Assembly (NCBI GenBank): GCA_044892525.1
Contig: CM097887.1
Span: 105,750,397-105,814,396, forward strand
Origin: Schmidtea polychroa
Taxonomy: Eukaryota
Reading direction: 5' to 3'
Length of the DNA: 64,000 nt
Shown: piece after piece, positions 50,583-63,900 of the stretch
Layout: each line of letters begins with the position of its first letter
How positions within the stretch are numbered: the first letter of the stretch is position 1
Translations under genes and position numbers: made by a program
Notes under the pieces: model-generated
Database searches by the model: none
What the model saw: the letters and a program-made list of their open reading frames with translations, nothing else
Told to the model about the DNA's origin: nothing

Positions 50583-53500
50583 TAGGGTTGTTAAACGAAA
50601 ATCGGAAATCCGATTTTCGATTTTGAAAACGATTATCGGTTTCTTTATTTCACAAAACGATAATCGGTTTTGTTTGTCTTTTACATATTATACAGATAAA
50701 TTGAATGCCGGGAATTTAATTTTGTTCATTGTTTACTACTGTATCCATTCAATTTTACCGACAGAAAGGGGCAGTTTTTTTCAACTCGTCAAAACTCCTT
50801 ACAACGTGTTTGTACATGAGTCAATCTTTTCAATTATCCCATTCCTGTAACAACGGCAAGAGGTTGCTCTAGTATTCCAACATATCTCACCGACTGACCA
50901 GTTATTTGTCAGTTGATGTCCGTAATCGGCAACCGCTGATTTGTTTTATACAGCCCCTGACAGGTACTGTGCCCATTAAATCTTTTAATCGGGACCAGCT
51001 GAGGCCAAGGTTGTGGTTGTGTGTTTTAGTATTTGCATTTTGCCGGTTTTGTTTGGCAACCTGATATTTGTTGCCGAAATCGGCCACCAAAGATTTGATT
51101 ACTGCAGTCCATAACAGAAGCTTAGCTATTAACCCCCTTGACAGGGACTAGATGTGGCCGAGGTCGGCGATTTTGTGTTTAGTCCGTGAAGGTCTATTTT
51201 GCAATCTGATATCTTGCATCTGCGAACCGGTTAAAAGTTTATTCTGGTTTTATCTTAAAACCAGAATAAACTGAATTGCATACCGCATCATCTTCATGAA
51301 AGCCAGATGTAAAGAGATCGAAAGACATGTGCCATTCCTCGAATCATAATGTTTAGTTGTTTACCCATTGAAATATGGAAGAGAGTTGGACACTAGGATA
51401 AACTTCAAGTTTGGGTGACGACCATTCTCAAATTTATTCAGTTTGTTGATCTTTTGACAATGTCTAAGAGGCTGCTCAGGTCGAAGTAAATTGATTTTCG
51501 GGATTTTAATTTATGACAAGATTTTGGAAAGTCCAATCCATGGTTCAAATCTACTATAAACATATAAACTGTTATATAATTTCCATTCATTCAGTTAGTT
51601 GCTCTTGTAGTAGCTGTTATTAATCCATATAATTGAAAATTGCGGTTTAGTTTGAATATTACGTAATATTCAATAAACATTTTTTATATTATCTAAATCA
51701 ATACAAAATCAGTTTAAATTTATGGGTTTCCGTATAAATAAGTCTGACGTCTGGGACAATTTTGATAAAATTTCGGCGACGATGGCACAATGTAAGCTCT
51801 GTGCACAGCAAATAAGTAGGAGTGGAGGTACTACGACTGGTTTGCATGCACATTTGCGTAGCAAACATGGTGGATTAACAACATCTTCAAATACTCAAAC
51901 ACGATTGACTGCATTGATTACAACACAAAGAAATTGTCCGAGTAGTAAACAGGAAAAAATTACGGCTGCTGTTGCGAGATTGATTTCCGAAAATATGTTG
52001 GCAATTTCGCTCGTGGAATCGAAATCCTTCCGTGAATTGATGGCGATAGTGGAGCCAGGATATCGTCCTCCGTGTCGTCAGACGATGACAGCACGACTAA
52101 CAGCAATGAAAAATAATTTAGTGGTCAAAATGTCGAAATATATCCATGAAAATGTCAAGGACATTGCGATCACTACCGACATCTGGACTAGTGTCACCAA
52201 TGAAGCTTATCTCAGTTTTACTGCAAGCTACATTGATACAGACTGGAATATGATGACGCCTGTTCTTGGAACAATTCTGATGACTCAACGCCACACACAA
52301 GCCGTCATTGCTGACCATCTATGTAGTATAGCTGATGAATGGTCAATAAAAGAAAAAATTGTTGCATGTGTCCATGATGGTGCATCCAACATCAATCATG
52401 CAGGCAATCTCAATGGATGGTTTGACGTTCACTGTGCGGCGCATAAATTGCAACTTTGCATCAATAATGCAATGGGCTCCCATGTTGTCACGGATCATCA
52501 AATTTCCAAATGTATATCAGCTGCAGCACGACTAGTCGGACATTTCTCACATAGCCCAATGGCAACGGGGGAGCTCCTGAAAAGACAGTTGTCCATGGAC
52601 AAGGATAAAACGCCACTAAAACTTATTCAGCACTGTAAGACTCGTTGGAACAGCGTCTATGACATGTTTGAACGACTAGTAGAACTGAGATGGCCAGTAG
52701 TTGCAGTATTGAGCGACAAAAACGTGGTGAAATTGAACGATGCCAAAACGTTGGGCATGAAGGACGATTATTGGCAACTGATGACTGAATTGCTCCCTGT
52801 TTTAAAAGCGTTGCAGATCGTGACGTCCGTCATGTCAGCCGAAAGCCAGCCATCAGCCTCTTGTGTTTTTCCCATGTTATGGGGACTCGTGAAAAATCAT
52901 TTAACCATTAAAGAAGAAGATTCTGACATTATGGGTGAATTTAAGAGAGTTCTTGCTAAGAATATTTCACGTCGTTTTGGATTAGAAAATAATGAAACAG
53001 CAAAAAACGAATGCGTTGTTGCATCAATTCTCGATCCGATGTATAAGCATCTTCCTGGATTTCCGGACGATTTCAAAAAGCTGGCGTATGAAAATGTCCG
53101 TCATCTCATCAGACAGCTGCCAGATTGCCCCGAACAGCCGAAGACGAGTCGGGATGAAGATAACATGATCCCACCAACTAAAAGATCACGACCAAATCAT
53201 GATGCAGTTATGTTTCTCCTTGGTGATAGTGCAGCACAACAGGCGCCAGAGGAATCCGACTTTGAATATTACGTCAAATCATCATGGTCGACAAACTCAA
53301 GTGAAACAGCCCTGGAGTGGTGGAAACATAATATGAAACTTTTCCCCAAAACAGCTATTCTTGCCCGGAAGTTCTTATGCATTCCTGCAACCTCAGTGCA
53401 ATCGGAACGATTATTTTCGGCCACTGGACGTCTGATAACCAAGCTTCGTAACCGGCTCCTTCCAGATCATGCAGAATCTTTGGTCTTTTTGAATATGAAC

Positions 53501-53922
53501 CAGGACTTGTCTGATATTTAAAAATAAAATCGAATTTAGTACTTACTTTTAAATGTTTACACTTTGGAATCTTTGTTTTTGATATCTATTGTTTCGATAT
53601 GTTTATGTTTAATTTTAAAATAAGGCCGCCGCAGCACCGGAAAGTTTTATTTTGATTTATACTTTAGTATATACAGGGAAAATTACCGAAGAAATTGAAA
53701 ACAAATTTACTTATATGCTTTAACTTTCTACATAAACAGTCAGTTCATATTCTCCTTGTGTGTGGTATAAACTTTGAATAAAACTAATTATACTATACAC
53801 GTGCGTGAATAGTAATAATGTAAGTAGCTTTGGTTATGCAAAATGCAAACGATAATCGGTTTAAAATCGGATTTATACAAACGATAATCGGATTGCTCGA
53901 AAAACCGATATTAACAACCCTA
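50583..53922 (+). mobile_element. Full-length autonomous hAT DNA transposon, 3340 bp
   Basis: Perfect 12-bp TIR TAGGGTTGTTAA; exact 8-bp TSD ATTTAAAT (50575-82 and 53923-30); subterminal AAACGAT(A/T)ATCGG repeats at both ends; intact transposase ORF. Confidence 0.96.
51722..53521 (+). CDS. hAT transposase, 599 aa (BED zinc finger, DDE catalytic domain, hATC dimerization domain)
   Basis: BED finger (VWDNF..CKLC..HLRSKH), TTDIW, HDGASN, CAAH, TRWNS, WW..FP..ARKFLCIPATSVQSERLFS; no stops or frameshifts. Confidence 0.96.
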   Translation: MGFRINKSDVWDNFDKISATMAQCKLCAQQISRSGGTTTGLHAHLRSKHGGLTTSSNTQTRLTALITTQRNCPSSKQEKITAAVARLISENMLAISLVESKSFRELMAIVEPGYRPPCRQTMTARLTAMKNNLVVKMSKYIHENVKDIAITTDIWTSVTNEAYLSFTASYIDTDWNMMTPVLGTILMTQRHTQAVIADHLCSIADEWSIKEKIVACVHDGASNINHAGNLNGWFDVHCAAHKLQLCINNAMGSHVVTDHQISKCISAAARLVGHFSHSPMATGELLKRQLSMDKDKTPLKLIQHCKTRWNSVYDMFERLVELRWPVVAVLSDKNVVKLNDAKTLGMKDDYWQLMTELLPVLKALQIVTSVMSAESQPSASCVFPMLWGLVKNHLTIKEEDSDIMGEFKRVLAKNISRRFGLENNETAKNECVVASILDPMYKHLPGFPDDFKKLAYENVRHLIRQLPDCPEQPKTSRDEDNMIPPTKRSRPNHDAVMFLLGDSAAQQAPEESDFEYYVKSSWSTNSSETALEWWKHNMKLFPKTAILARKFLCIPATSVQSERLFSATGRLITKLRNRLLPDHAESLVFLNMNQDLSDI

Positions 53923-54181
53923 ATTTAAATACATTAAAAATATTAATTATAGGATTTAAAGATCTAATTAGCAACGCCTCGCACGTTACTCGTTCACAGT
54001 AATTACTCAGTATATTCTGTTGGCAATGCTCAAGAACTCTCACTATATTTTGCTTGTATTTATATTCACAAAAGCTCTCAGGAGTAGTATAAATACCAGT
54101 ATCAGTTGCTTTTCTGCTTTTCGGAAAATTACTAAATTTGATCAATATTTGTTTCAAAAAAATACTAATTTGGGATATATT

Positions 54182-54283
54182 CAGTGGTGAGCTATGCATG
54201 TCCCGCGGGGGCTCGGCAGAGCCCCTTGTTAACTTTTTAAAAATTTTGCGAGCCCTTTTTTGTTTTTTCACAGCTCACCGCTG
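54182..54283. mobile_element. Very small hAT-type MITE, 102 bp
   Basis: TIR CAGTGGTGAGCT / (reverse complement) CAGCGGTGAGCT; exact TSD GATATATT. Confidence 0.88.
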
Positions 54284-55450
54284 GATATATTAGGTCTATG
54301 GCAAATATGTGGCTGCTAAGCAAATAAGCCTGTGGTTACGTGTGTACTTAGAAGTGTAATGTATCTCAAATATTCGTTTTTTTTAAAATCCAAATACTTA
54401 TTTTTTACTGTGACACTTCGTTAATTGATCACTAATGTAATCAAAGAATTTATTTAAAATTGCCAATTATAACTAAATTTATGAAAAATATTATATTCTA
54501 TCAAAACATTTCTAGTATAATTTCCATACAAATTAATAAAAACAATAATAATAATATTGCTGACAAGTAAAATCTATTTATTTTCCCATTGCAATTTCTG
54601 CACTAAATATATCGAATGTCAATTATTGTCTCATTCTGTCTTGTACATGGAATTTCATTAAACCAATTTTGTCATTAAATGTGCATCACATCACTGATAA
54701 TCCTATATGTAATAACCCAGCTTCTCCCAGGATTTTGTTTTTGCATATATTAACTTCATACTAATTTATATTTCATTGAAAAAACACGAAAAAATACTTA
54801 ATTCTTATAAAAAATTCAACAAAAAGTTATCACAAATTATTCATTGTATGATTATTTCAAGATTTAGTCATGAAGAACATTAGCGAAAATGTATAATTCA
54901 CAATCAAACTCATTTTCAATTTGGATGATAGTGACTTGACTGGTTGCGAATGCATTTAAACACGAGTATATTGTGAGCTGGAAATAGTTGCGTTTATTGT
55001 GAAAGTTAGATTAGTCGACAATGTTGAAACCTCAAAAAAAATAGTCGACGGGAAAAAAGCATTAACTTGATATTTTAGTCGCCGACTAATTTTTTGGGAT
55101 TTGTTAGCTGTGGCCTATTCTTCCACTTTTGTAGGCGACTAATTTTTTCATGATTTGACGACTTTTATTTTTAGTTCCATTGGTGAGTATTCTGATTTTT
55201 ATTGAATTGACTGAAAATTCCAGATAGAAAAACCTATACAAATGTCATGATCAAGACGACATGTTCAAGGTTGTATTGTCGGTTAGCAGCGTTTACGCTA
55301 TGCCGACTGTTTTTCTGCATACATACACTATTTCACTAGAATAAAGTCAATATTTACTATTTAGATATTTCAATTGTTCCCGGGCTATACAGAATCTTAC
55401 AAATCAATCCGTTCAAAATCCTAAGCGTCACTTAACGTGTTAATCTAATA

Positions 55451-56239
55451 CAGGGTTTTTCAATTGAAATCAGATTTTTTTCAAATGAATTCAGAATTTT
55501 TTCAAATGAAATCAGATTTTTTCAATTGAAGTCAGAATTTCTTTAATAGAAATCAGAACTGTTTTAAATTGAATTCAGAATTTTTATGGGTAATAAAATA
55601 TTATATACACTTTAAATGAAATCATGATAGAGTAAAAATTGGTAGTTAAAACTTTTAATCAGAATTCTTCTCTTCTTACCGCCTTTAATGCAAACCTTCT
55701 CGTGTCGTTGAAAAATCCGATACAATCCTCCGTGGTTATCAAATTGTGTCCCATTTCAATAGCGTTTTTCAACTCGAATACATTTAGAACGTTAGCCGAT
55801 TTGACAATTGATTTCCATTTCTAGAAACACTCTTCAATCGGATCTGCAGCAATTTTTTTACGCTTTGGCCGGAATCAAATTTGATACATATAAGTTTTCT
55901 CGCAGCATTGCTCAATTGTGATTTTTTTGTTGGAGGTGTCTTATGGTTCATTGATTTTGAAAAATATTAATATTTTATGGATATTATATATACATATTTG
56001 AATTTGATTTCGTTTAAAACGGTTCTGATTTCATTTGAAAAAAATTCTGATTTCATTTGAAAAAATTCTGATTTCATTTGAAAAAATTCTGATTTCATTT
56101 GAAAAAATTCTGATTTCATTTGAAAAAATTCTGATTTCATTTGAAAAAAATTCTGATTTCATTTGAAAAAAATTCTGATTTCATTTGAAAAAATTCTGAT
56201 TTCATTTGAAAAAAATCTGATTTCAATTGAAAAACCCTG
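55451..56239 (-). mobile_element. Non-autonomous Tc1/IS630-like element, 789 bp, with 21-bp subterminal arrays and transposase C-terminal remnant
   Basis: TA|CAGGGTTTTTCAATTGAAATCAGATT... long TIR, TA on both sides. The minus strand reads DPIEECF*KWKSIVK...EDCIGFF (cf. NPIE..FSKWK). There are ~9-10 copies of TTCTGATTTCATTTGAAAAAA at 56023-56225. Confidence 0.82.
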
Positions 56240-57712
56240 TAAATGAATAATATACATTTCCATCAATTAATTAATTTAAAGAAATAACTTTATTTCTGAA
56301 ATTTCCTATCGCGATGTCGTATGGTGAATATTATTTTCTAATTTCCTTTATAATCTCATAATTATAAGGGATCAAGATATATGCTGAACTTTTTCAGAAA
56401 TTTAAATACTAATAATTTTACGAAATCGAATAATTTTTGTTATAGGTAATTGGAGATTTTAATCTCCATTGAGAACTTACTTTCGACTACCTAAATTAGA
56501 CAATGGTTTAGGATTTGTAATTCTTTCGAGACGCAATTTCTTAATAGATACTCAAGGCATATTTAGCAATACTAAAACACCTGCTTTGTACTTGTCAGGG
56601 TAAAAAGATTTTAGAAGCATTTTAGGACACCAAGAATTAAATTCTGTCTATAATATATAATGAGAAAGAACTATTTATTAATTCCATTATATACGAAAAA
56701 TTTAATGAATTTCTGTTGGAAAAAAGAAAATATAACTTTATTTATTATGTATATAATTAATTTTTACACATATTTCATATCATTATTATTGCAATAGAAA
56801 ATAAATATTTTAATGAATGTTTTTGTTTTATGAGTCTCTTTTTTTTACAATATGCAATTCTCTCAAGCAAAAAAATTTCGTTTATCTAATTTAATTTTCT
56901 TAATTGAACTAAACCTTATTATAATTGTTTAATTGTGTGCATTTAATAACGTAGTGCGCTACTGATCACTTGTGTTCTAATAAATAGGGATTTTTATTCT
57001 AGTTTCGAAAATTAGCAATCCGTGGAGATCTTTGAGGGGATAAAAGTTCAACGCTATCTGATATATTAAATTTCAGCATGAAATTGAAACTTCATTATAA
57101 TTTATATTTATTATTTTGATATTGCTAAAAATAGATTCGAAAAAAATCAATCGACTGCATATAGCCAATCAAAATCCGACTTGACTATAAGACTACGCAG
57201 TAGGCATTATAGTTTATGTTTTATATTAATTGACATCATACATTCAAATTATTCATTCTAATTACAAACCCTTCACACAGAACTGCAATTCTCTATAAAT
57301 TTGTTTGGAAATTGAATTCTAAAGATTTCCAATTATAAAACTTTATTTTCTATTGAAAGAATTTATTATTAATAATATAAATATAATCCTACTCTCACGA
57401 TAAAATTTAATTTAAAGCATATTTCAATCATTTATTTGAGTTGGCATTCAAATTGTGATTTATTTTTTTACTGAAATAGTTCTATTTTAATTAAAATATT
57501 TTCTAATTAAATTAATTTTTCCATTCATAACTTGTTTTTGTTGTTGAACATTATTCATTATTTCCTATTTGACAAGTTTCTATTTAATTTGCTATTCTTG
57601 TACAAGGTGAAATTTTGTTAATTTCATTAATGGATTCTTTTAATAGAAATCTAATTCATTATTTTTCAAATCGTGACATTTTCCTTAAAATGACACTTCG
57701 ACTAAAAAATAT

Positions 57713-57995
57713 AAATTTTGGCGACGCTCTAGTATAGGGGGGCAATATAAATATAAATTAATTAATTGATTGTAAGTTTTTATATATAGTCTGAATTTAT
57801 CCGACAAAATATTTTGTCCCCCCATGTGTATTTGTAGTAAGGGTACTGGTCACATTCAACATGTCGCAAGGGTATATTAATTATATTTTATTATATTTTA
57901 TTAAATTACATATATTATTTTATATTTTATAATCAATTAATTAATTTTTATTTATATTTATATTGCCCCCCTATACTAGAGCGTCGCCTAAATTT
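57713..57995. mobile_element. ~280-bp hairpin/MITE enclosing a solo terminus related to the element nested in the giant palindrome
   Basis: About 55-bp inverted repeat GGCGACGCTCTAGTATAGGGGGGCAATATAAATA... The interior 57781-57875 matches TTTATCCGACAAAATATT.TGTCCCCC...CACATTCAACATGTCGCAAGGGTAT of 22585-22670. Confidence 0.75.
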
Positions 57996-60900
57996 TATTA
58001 ATGCTCAAATTCAGTGCCATACTGAGTGGGAGGCAGTCCACCAGACTGATATATGTCCGTAGAAATAATTACCATGACTTATCAAAAATTTCTAAATCAG
58101 TTTTAGTGTTTTTTGAATATTAATTAAAAATAAATATTTATCAAAAATTTCAATTCCAAAATTCGTGCTCATCAATTAAATAAACAAAGATTGCTTGCAA
58201 TTTTCTTAATATTTATTGTTGTCTAATATTAAATATTCAAGTTTATTTTTTGGACATTTACATTAAATAAATCACATGTTGATAGTTGTATTATGAAAAT
58301 AATATGATATTATATTTATTTAATTACCGTAAAATTTGGGATATAAGCCACAGACCTATATAAGTCATATATCTGTTACCAATCACTGTAAATAGGTATA
58401 AAAGCGTATGTTTTATTTAGATATTATTTAATCATTGAAATTTCACAATTTCAAATATTTAGAAATCCATGTTTCTATTTATCTATTCTCATTCATCAAT
58501 ATAAAGTCCTCAATTTCCCGTTCTTTTGTGTTAGAATTGAACAGTTCAGAATAACAGATATGAATTTACTCAACTTTACTTTCATTATCTGTATTATTAT
58601 TACATTATTGATACAGGAAGATAGGGAGTTTTCCCTATCCTTGTGTACCCACTAATTGACATCTACCAGTCTTACACACCGTGTTTGGTCAGATTTCATG
58701 AAACTGTTCCCCTGATATCGTTGAATTTGCTATGAATTATTTGTTTATTGCAATATTTGTGATTTTGTTAAGACCAATTGTATATTCTGTCAAAGCTTCC
58801 CATTATGCATCTTCTGTAATATGTGCTCACATAAACTCCATTTTTAACAATGATTTCTTTGCCTTAAAAAGCTATTGTATTTTACTGTAGTAGTTGTTCA
58901 ATCACTATTTATTTATCCTTTTGGATTAACATATATAGAAACAACAAAGGGTTACCTTTCTTTTAAATATGACCATTGATGGAAGTTTGTAAAGTGCAGC
59001 AGAGATAGAAAGTGCAAAAACATTCCTAGACTTCTCATAACTTCTCATAACTCATTGTTTCTTATCTAACTTACTTTTAACTAACTTACTTTTACAGTAT
59101 GAGACGTTGTCATATTGAAAGTTAATAAAATTTCATCCATGTTGATCATATATTTGTCCTGAAAAATAATTCTTTTTGTTTGTTTCCTATGTAATTTCAA
59201 TTTTTCTTTAATGTTCATCAGGTACTTCTTGCTTTAATATGCAAATGTTTTCTCTAAATAAATCAGAAGCACATGATTGACATCCTTCAAAATAATCTAT
59301 TTTCATGTTTTAGACTAATTTCTACTCTTTAAAAAGAATTGACTTTCTTATACTGCCCTTCTGTTCTAATACTATATTCTTTTCTTGGTTTTCTCGATCT
59401 GTCAATCATTCACAATTCCCTTTATTCGTTTTTTTGTCTTTTTATTTATCAAATAAAACATCCTTTCTCTATTTTTGAAATGTTGACTTAATATTCCGTA
59501 ACCCTTACTTTTATCCTATTCCTAAATTTGTATCCTGAATGTCACAGTATAACTTTGTCGGGCCATATTGAGTCAGTTTAAACGGATATAAACTAATATA
59601 CTTAGCAGCGTTCTGTCATAAACAAGATAGAAACTTTATAATCACAAGGTAAATTAATTATTAATGAAATAACAACACTAACTTGGCCAATAATAACTTA
59701 ATAAAGTTTATGTTATGGCATAAAAACTTTTGAAAATATTTAAATGAAAATAAAAATATTTTGATATTTCAATATTTTTCTTTAAATTATTGGATAGGCT
59801 ATTTTAGGAATTTTATTAATAGTAAGTAGTATTAATTTTAATTTTTTCATTTTGATTGAAAAATTGAAAACTTCCTAATAAAAATTGTAATTTTTAATTA
59901 TTAAATTTTATTTAAAATGATAAATTTAGTAAATAATTTCTAAAATCTTTGTTAATACGAACCTACCTATTTATATTATACAATGTCATTAATATATTAT
60001 TATGAATTAATTAGTTCTCAAAATATGGATTGACAAAATATAACAAAAGTTGTCGTTTATTTTCTATTTCAAAAAGATAAAATCTCTTCTATTTTCACCA
60101 TAATTATAGCTTTATTATATCTCCCTAATTTTGTCTGTCGCGTTTGAAGTGAGAAACAACTTCATTGATAGTTTTTATAAAGAATTATAAGATAACATTT
60201 ACATCCAGACAAGTGATTTTAAGAATAAAAAGATAAATTATACAACCAAATTACTGAAAATGAAATGTGGACTAATTAATAACATTTCTCTTTTCAGCTC
60301 TTTTTCTGGGAACTAATTTGTGAAAGATTTCCACACGAGATTTATTATAATTTCTAGGATACTCTAGATAGGAAATTAGCATGTTTATTTAGGTGTGAAG
60401 CGTTTATAATAAATATTAGCTTGATTCTGTTTGTTGTTTGCCTTTCTGAGAGCAGAGTCTGAACGAAATATAATTAAATCCACGAATTTCAGAAAATATT
60501 GATGGTTAAGTATTTATAAACGATGATTGTCGGATTTTCTTGTGATGAATATTTTAGAAAAGTTGATTGGAAAATTTTTTAGAATTTAAAATTTTTATAT
60601 ATGATTTCGTTGTAGACAATTAAATATTTATAATAAAGTTTGGTCAATTAAAATAATTAAATTAGAAAAGCGGTATTCTTAACCCCATCTCCCTTTTCGA
60701 CATCTCTTCTTTAATCAAAATGTAAATTATCATAACTCCTCAAAAAAGTTAGGTAACATAATTATGTTAGGCGACATTTTTTATGCAAAAACTAAAAATG
60801 CTTTGTTAAATTAAGTAAATTACTTTTATTATTATTTTTTAATTTAATTGATCTTTAGTCTTATGAAAATGACGAAAATATAAATTGAAAGTAGTCAATC

Positions 60901-63900
60901 AATCATGAAGAAAAAGTATTTTACTAATAGAAATATTTTTTGCATAAACCACATTTTTTAATAATATTTAACAAAATTCATTTTGTAAAATCATAATCCT
61001 TTCTATTATACTTTCATTTTCATGTTATACAAAAATCTCCAATAATTATTCACATTCTGACTATAAATCCTTCAACTAACTAGACTAAGGATTTTACGTA
61101 ACAATTGATTTGTTTCCTGAAACCTTTTAGTTTTGTAATTCTCATGTAACTGTATCAACTCTTTTTCAAACTGTTACAATTCGGACTATACCATTGTTCA
61201 CGAGCATCCTTTGTCTCCTTTGAATACACCTAAAAACTGCTGGTCTATGAATTATCTACAACCGTAGACCGTGTAACTATCGTGTTAATAATATTTGCTA
61301 TTTCATGATAATACTCATGTAATACTCAACCCAAAATAATGCAATGATTTTAAAATTTCATTTATTTTCACCTTGACTATAGATGAGCAAATAATTTACA
61401 CGAAGAGCCATTTTAGTTTCAAATTATTTTCGATGAACCAGAGTGCATTATCTAAATTTTTGAAATTTCATCATATAATAAATTATTTTTAACGAAAAAA
61501 GAATTTGTAAATGTACAGACATAAATTTTATTGAAACAAAAAAATTTTAAGTATTCAAAACAAATATAACGAAAAAAAGAAAACTTCAATGTCAACTTAA
61601 AATTCATTAAAATTAACTTTAAAATTAAACAAAAAAAGTATTTTAATGACAAAAACTTAAAAAACTTATCAATGGTGAAAAAATAAGCAATCATTTTGAT
61701 ATAATGATTAAATTATGAAATGTATTTAATGTGATACAGTTTGATTAATTTAATGCTTACAATACAACACTTTATTAATATTATGCCATTAATCCCTTGA
61801 AGTAAATGGGAAAAATTTATTTAAAAATATCTTATTTATTCTCAACAATAATAATTACATGTATCTAAAAATCCCCCATTGCGGAACTCTCATACGAATT
61901 ACTCGCTTATACATTTGCATGTAATATTTAACATGCACCGCATATTCCCCAGGTTTATTTTCTGTACACAATTAATATTATGTAAAATTCCCAAGTGAAT
62001 TATGTAATTTGTAAAACAAATATCTTTTGTAAAGAAATTCACTGAATCCATTATTTTTCGTCTTGTTTTATTTCTAGTTGAATGCTTAAAATTTATATTA
62101 TATTTTCTTTTGCTAATAGAAAATTATTAATTATTTTTGGAAAAAATTATCAATAATTTTATTTATTTTCATTTCATCAATGTGTTGTTTAAAAATGGAA
62201 TTTTTAAAATTTTCATCTCGGCAAAGTGATTGTTTCTTATTTAATTAAATTAAATTTGAGTTGAAGTCAATTAAAGTTTTAACGAAATCAAAATAAATAG
62301 AAAAATGAAAATAAATTATTTCTCCAATAACAACAGATAATTCGTCGTAGCAAATTATAGGAAAATAAAAATAAAAATAATATCCTTTATCCTTTTATAC
62401 CATTAATCATTTTGAATTTTCCATATCTTCGTTACAGATTAAATAAAGTAATAAAAACTTTTGATTTAAAATTCGAAAAGATGAAGGAAATTAAAAAAAA
62501 AAGATTTATTGGGTTTTTATCGTAGTGGTTAAAACCTTAGAAAAATGAATTAAAAAATCTTTGATTATTTTCAATAACATTTTTTTATAATTTAAATATT
62601 TTTCATTAATCAATTTTTCTAGAAAATTGACGAAACTCGACTTTTGTATGTTAGTTGAGAATAAATCAAATTTGCGGTTTTTCATAAAGATTTTATTGAA
62701 CTATTATAATTTAATAACAAAGACTTTTATTTTGACCAATGGTGAAAAAGTACACAAAATTAATTTATAACTTCATATATATTTTAATATCTAATAATTA
62801 TTTTCGGTTGACTGTGAGTGAAATGACTTCCTATGAATCATCAATGGGTGAAGGAGAATTATTAAACAAAAAAACCACTTCCAAATTCAATCTGATATTT
62901 GCAGAAAAGTGTATATACTGTCTGATGCATTCACACACACTTGTTAATGGCAAACAGTCAGATTCACTGGACTAATATATTGAATTTATCCACAACCATC
63001 AAAATTATAAACAAAATTACACAATTTTAAGTTATTTGTGAGTTGGTGAGTATAAAACTACAAAAATGTTACATAAGTTTGACGTACAAATTGTCTGCTT
63101 ATAGAAAATTTGATTTGGAAATGATGTGTTCCAAAGTGCATTTATTTGTTTCAAGTACTATAGTACACCGTATCAAAATAATTAAAAACAGCCTATTAAA
63201 TAGTCACAATTTATAGTTTATATTATAAGAAATAGATTAAGATTTATCATTGAAATAATTGATCTACAAAAAACAATTTGTTGAAAAATTGTTTAAAAAA
63301 CGAATCTTTTTAAACTTAAAATTAAATGGAAATGAATTCGCCATGTTGAAAAATTGGGCATCATGAATAATTTATATTTTCGGTCGTACAAACGTGCTTA
63401 CAAATGCGGTCCACAATTAAATCTATAAGATCATTTGAGCATTTGCAAAATTAAGATTAGTTATTTCGAGCATAAAACCGAACATTTTATTAATTTCTTA
63501 AACAATAAAAACAATAAATAACTAAGAAATGATTACTATTATGACTATATAAACTTTTTCAATTCCTGACGTTTGATATAGAAAATAAAAATATTTTTCC
63601 TATCAATTATTAATTGAAAACTCTACAATAATTTCACGAACAAATTTGATCGGGTTTTCTTCAAAATATCTTGCAGATATTAAATCCAGTGATTTACTCC
63701 AAAAGTACGGTTTTGTCCAGTACCTAAAGCAATTTTTTATTCTCAAATGCCATCAACTGAACCGGAGGTGTTGAGATTAATTTTGCACATAGTTTTTTGT
63801 AAATATTGTAAGTTTTTTCTTTTTATCATTGTTTTTAATTAATTGACTTGACATGTGCTAAAGGTATTTTGTATTTGATCCTTAGGTCTTAAACTATTTT

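Noticed and set aside
58500-61340. Possible decayed retroelement fragments on the minus strand
   Set aside because: No recognisable RT or endonuclease motif could be read by eye.
62739-62975. 78-aa ORF
   Set aside because: No recognisable domain and no convincing splice sites; it does not match the missing SNAP-25 exons.
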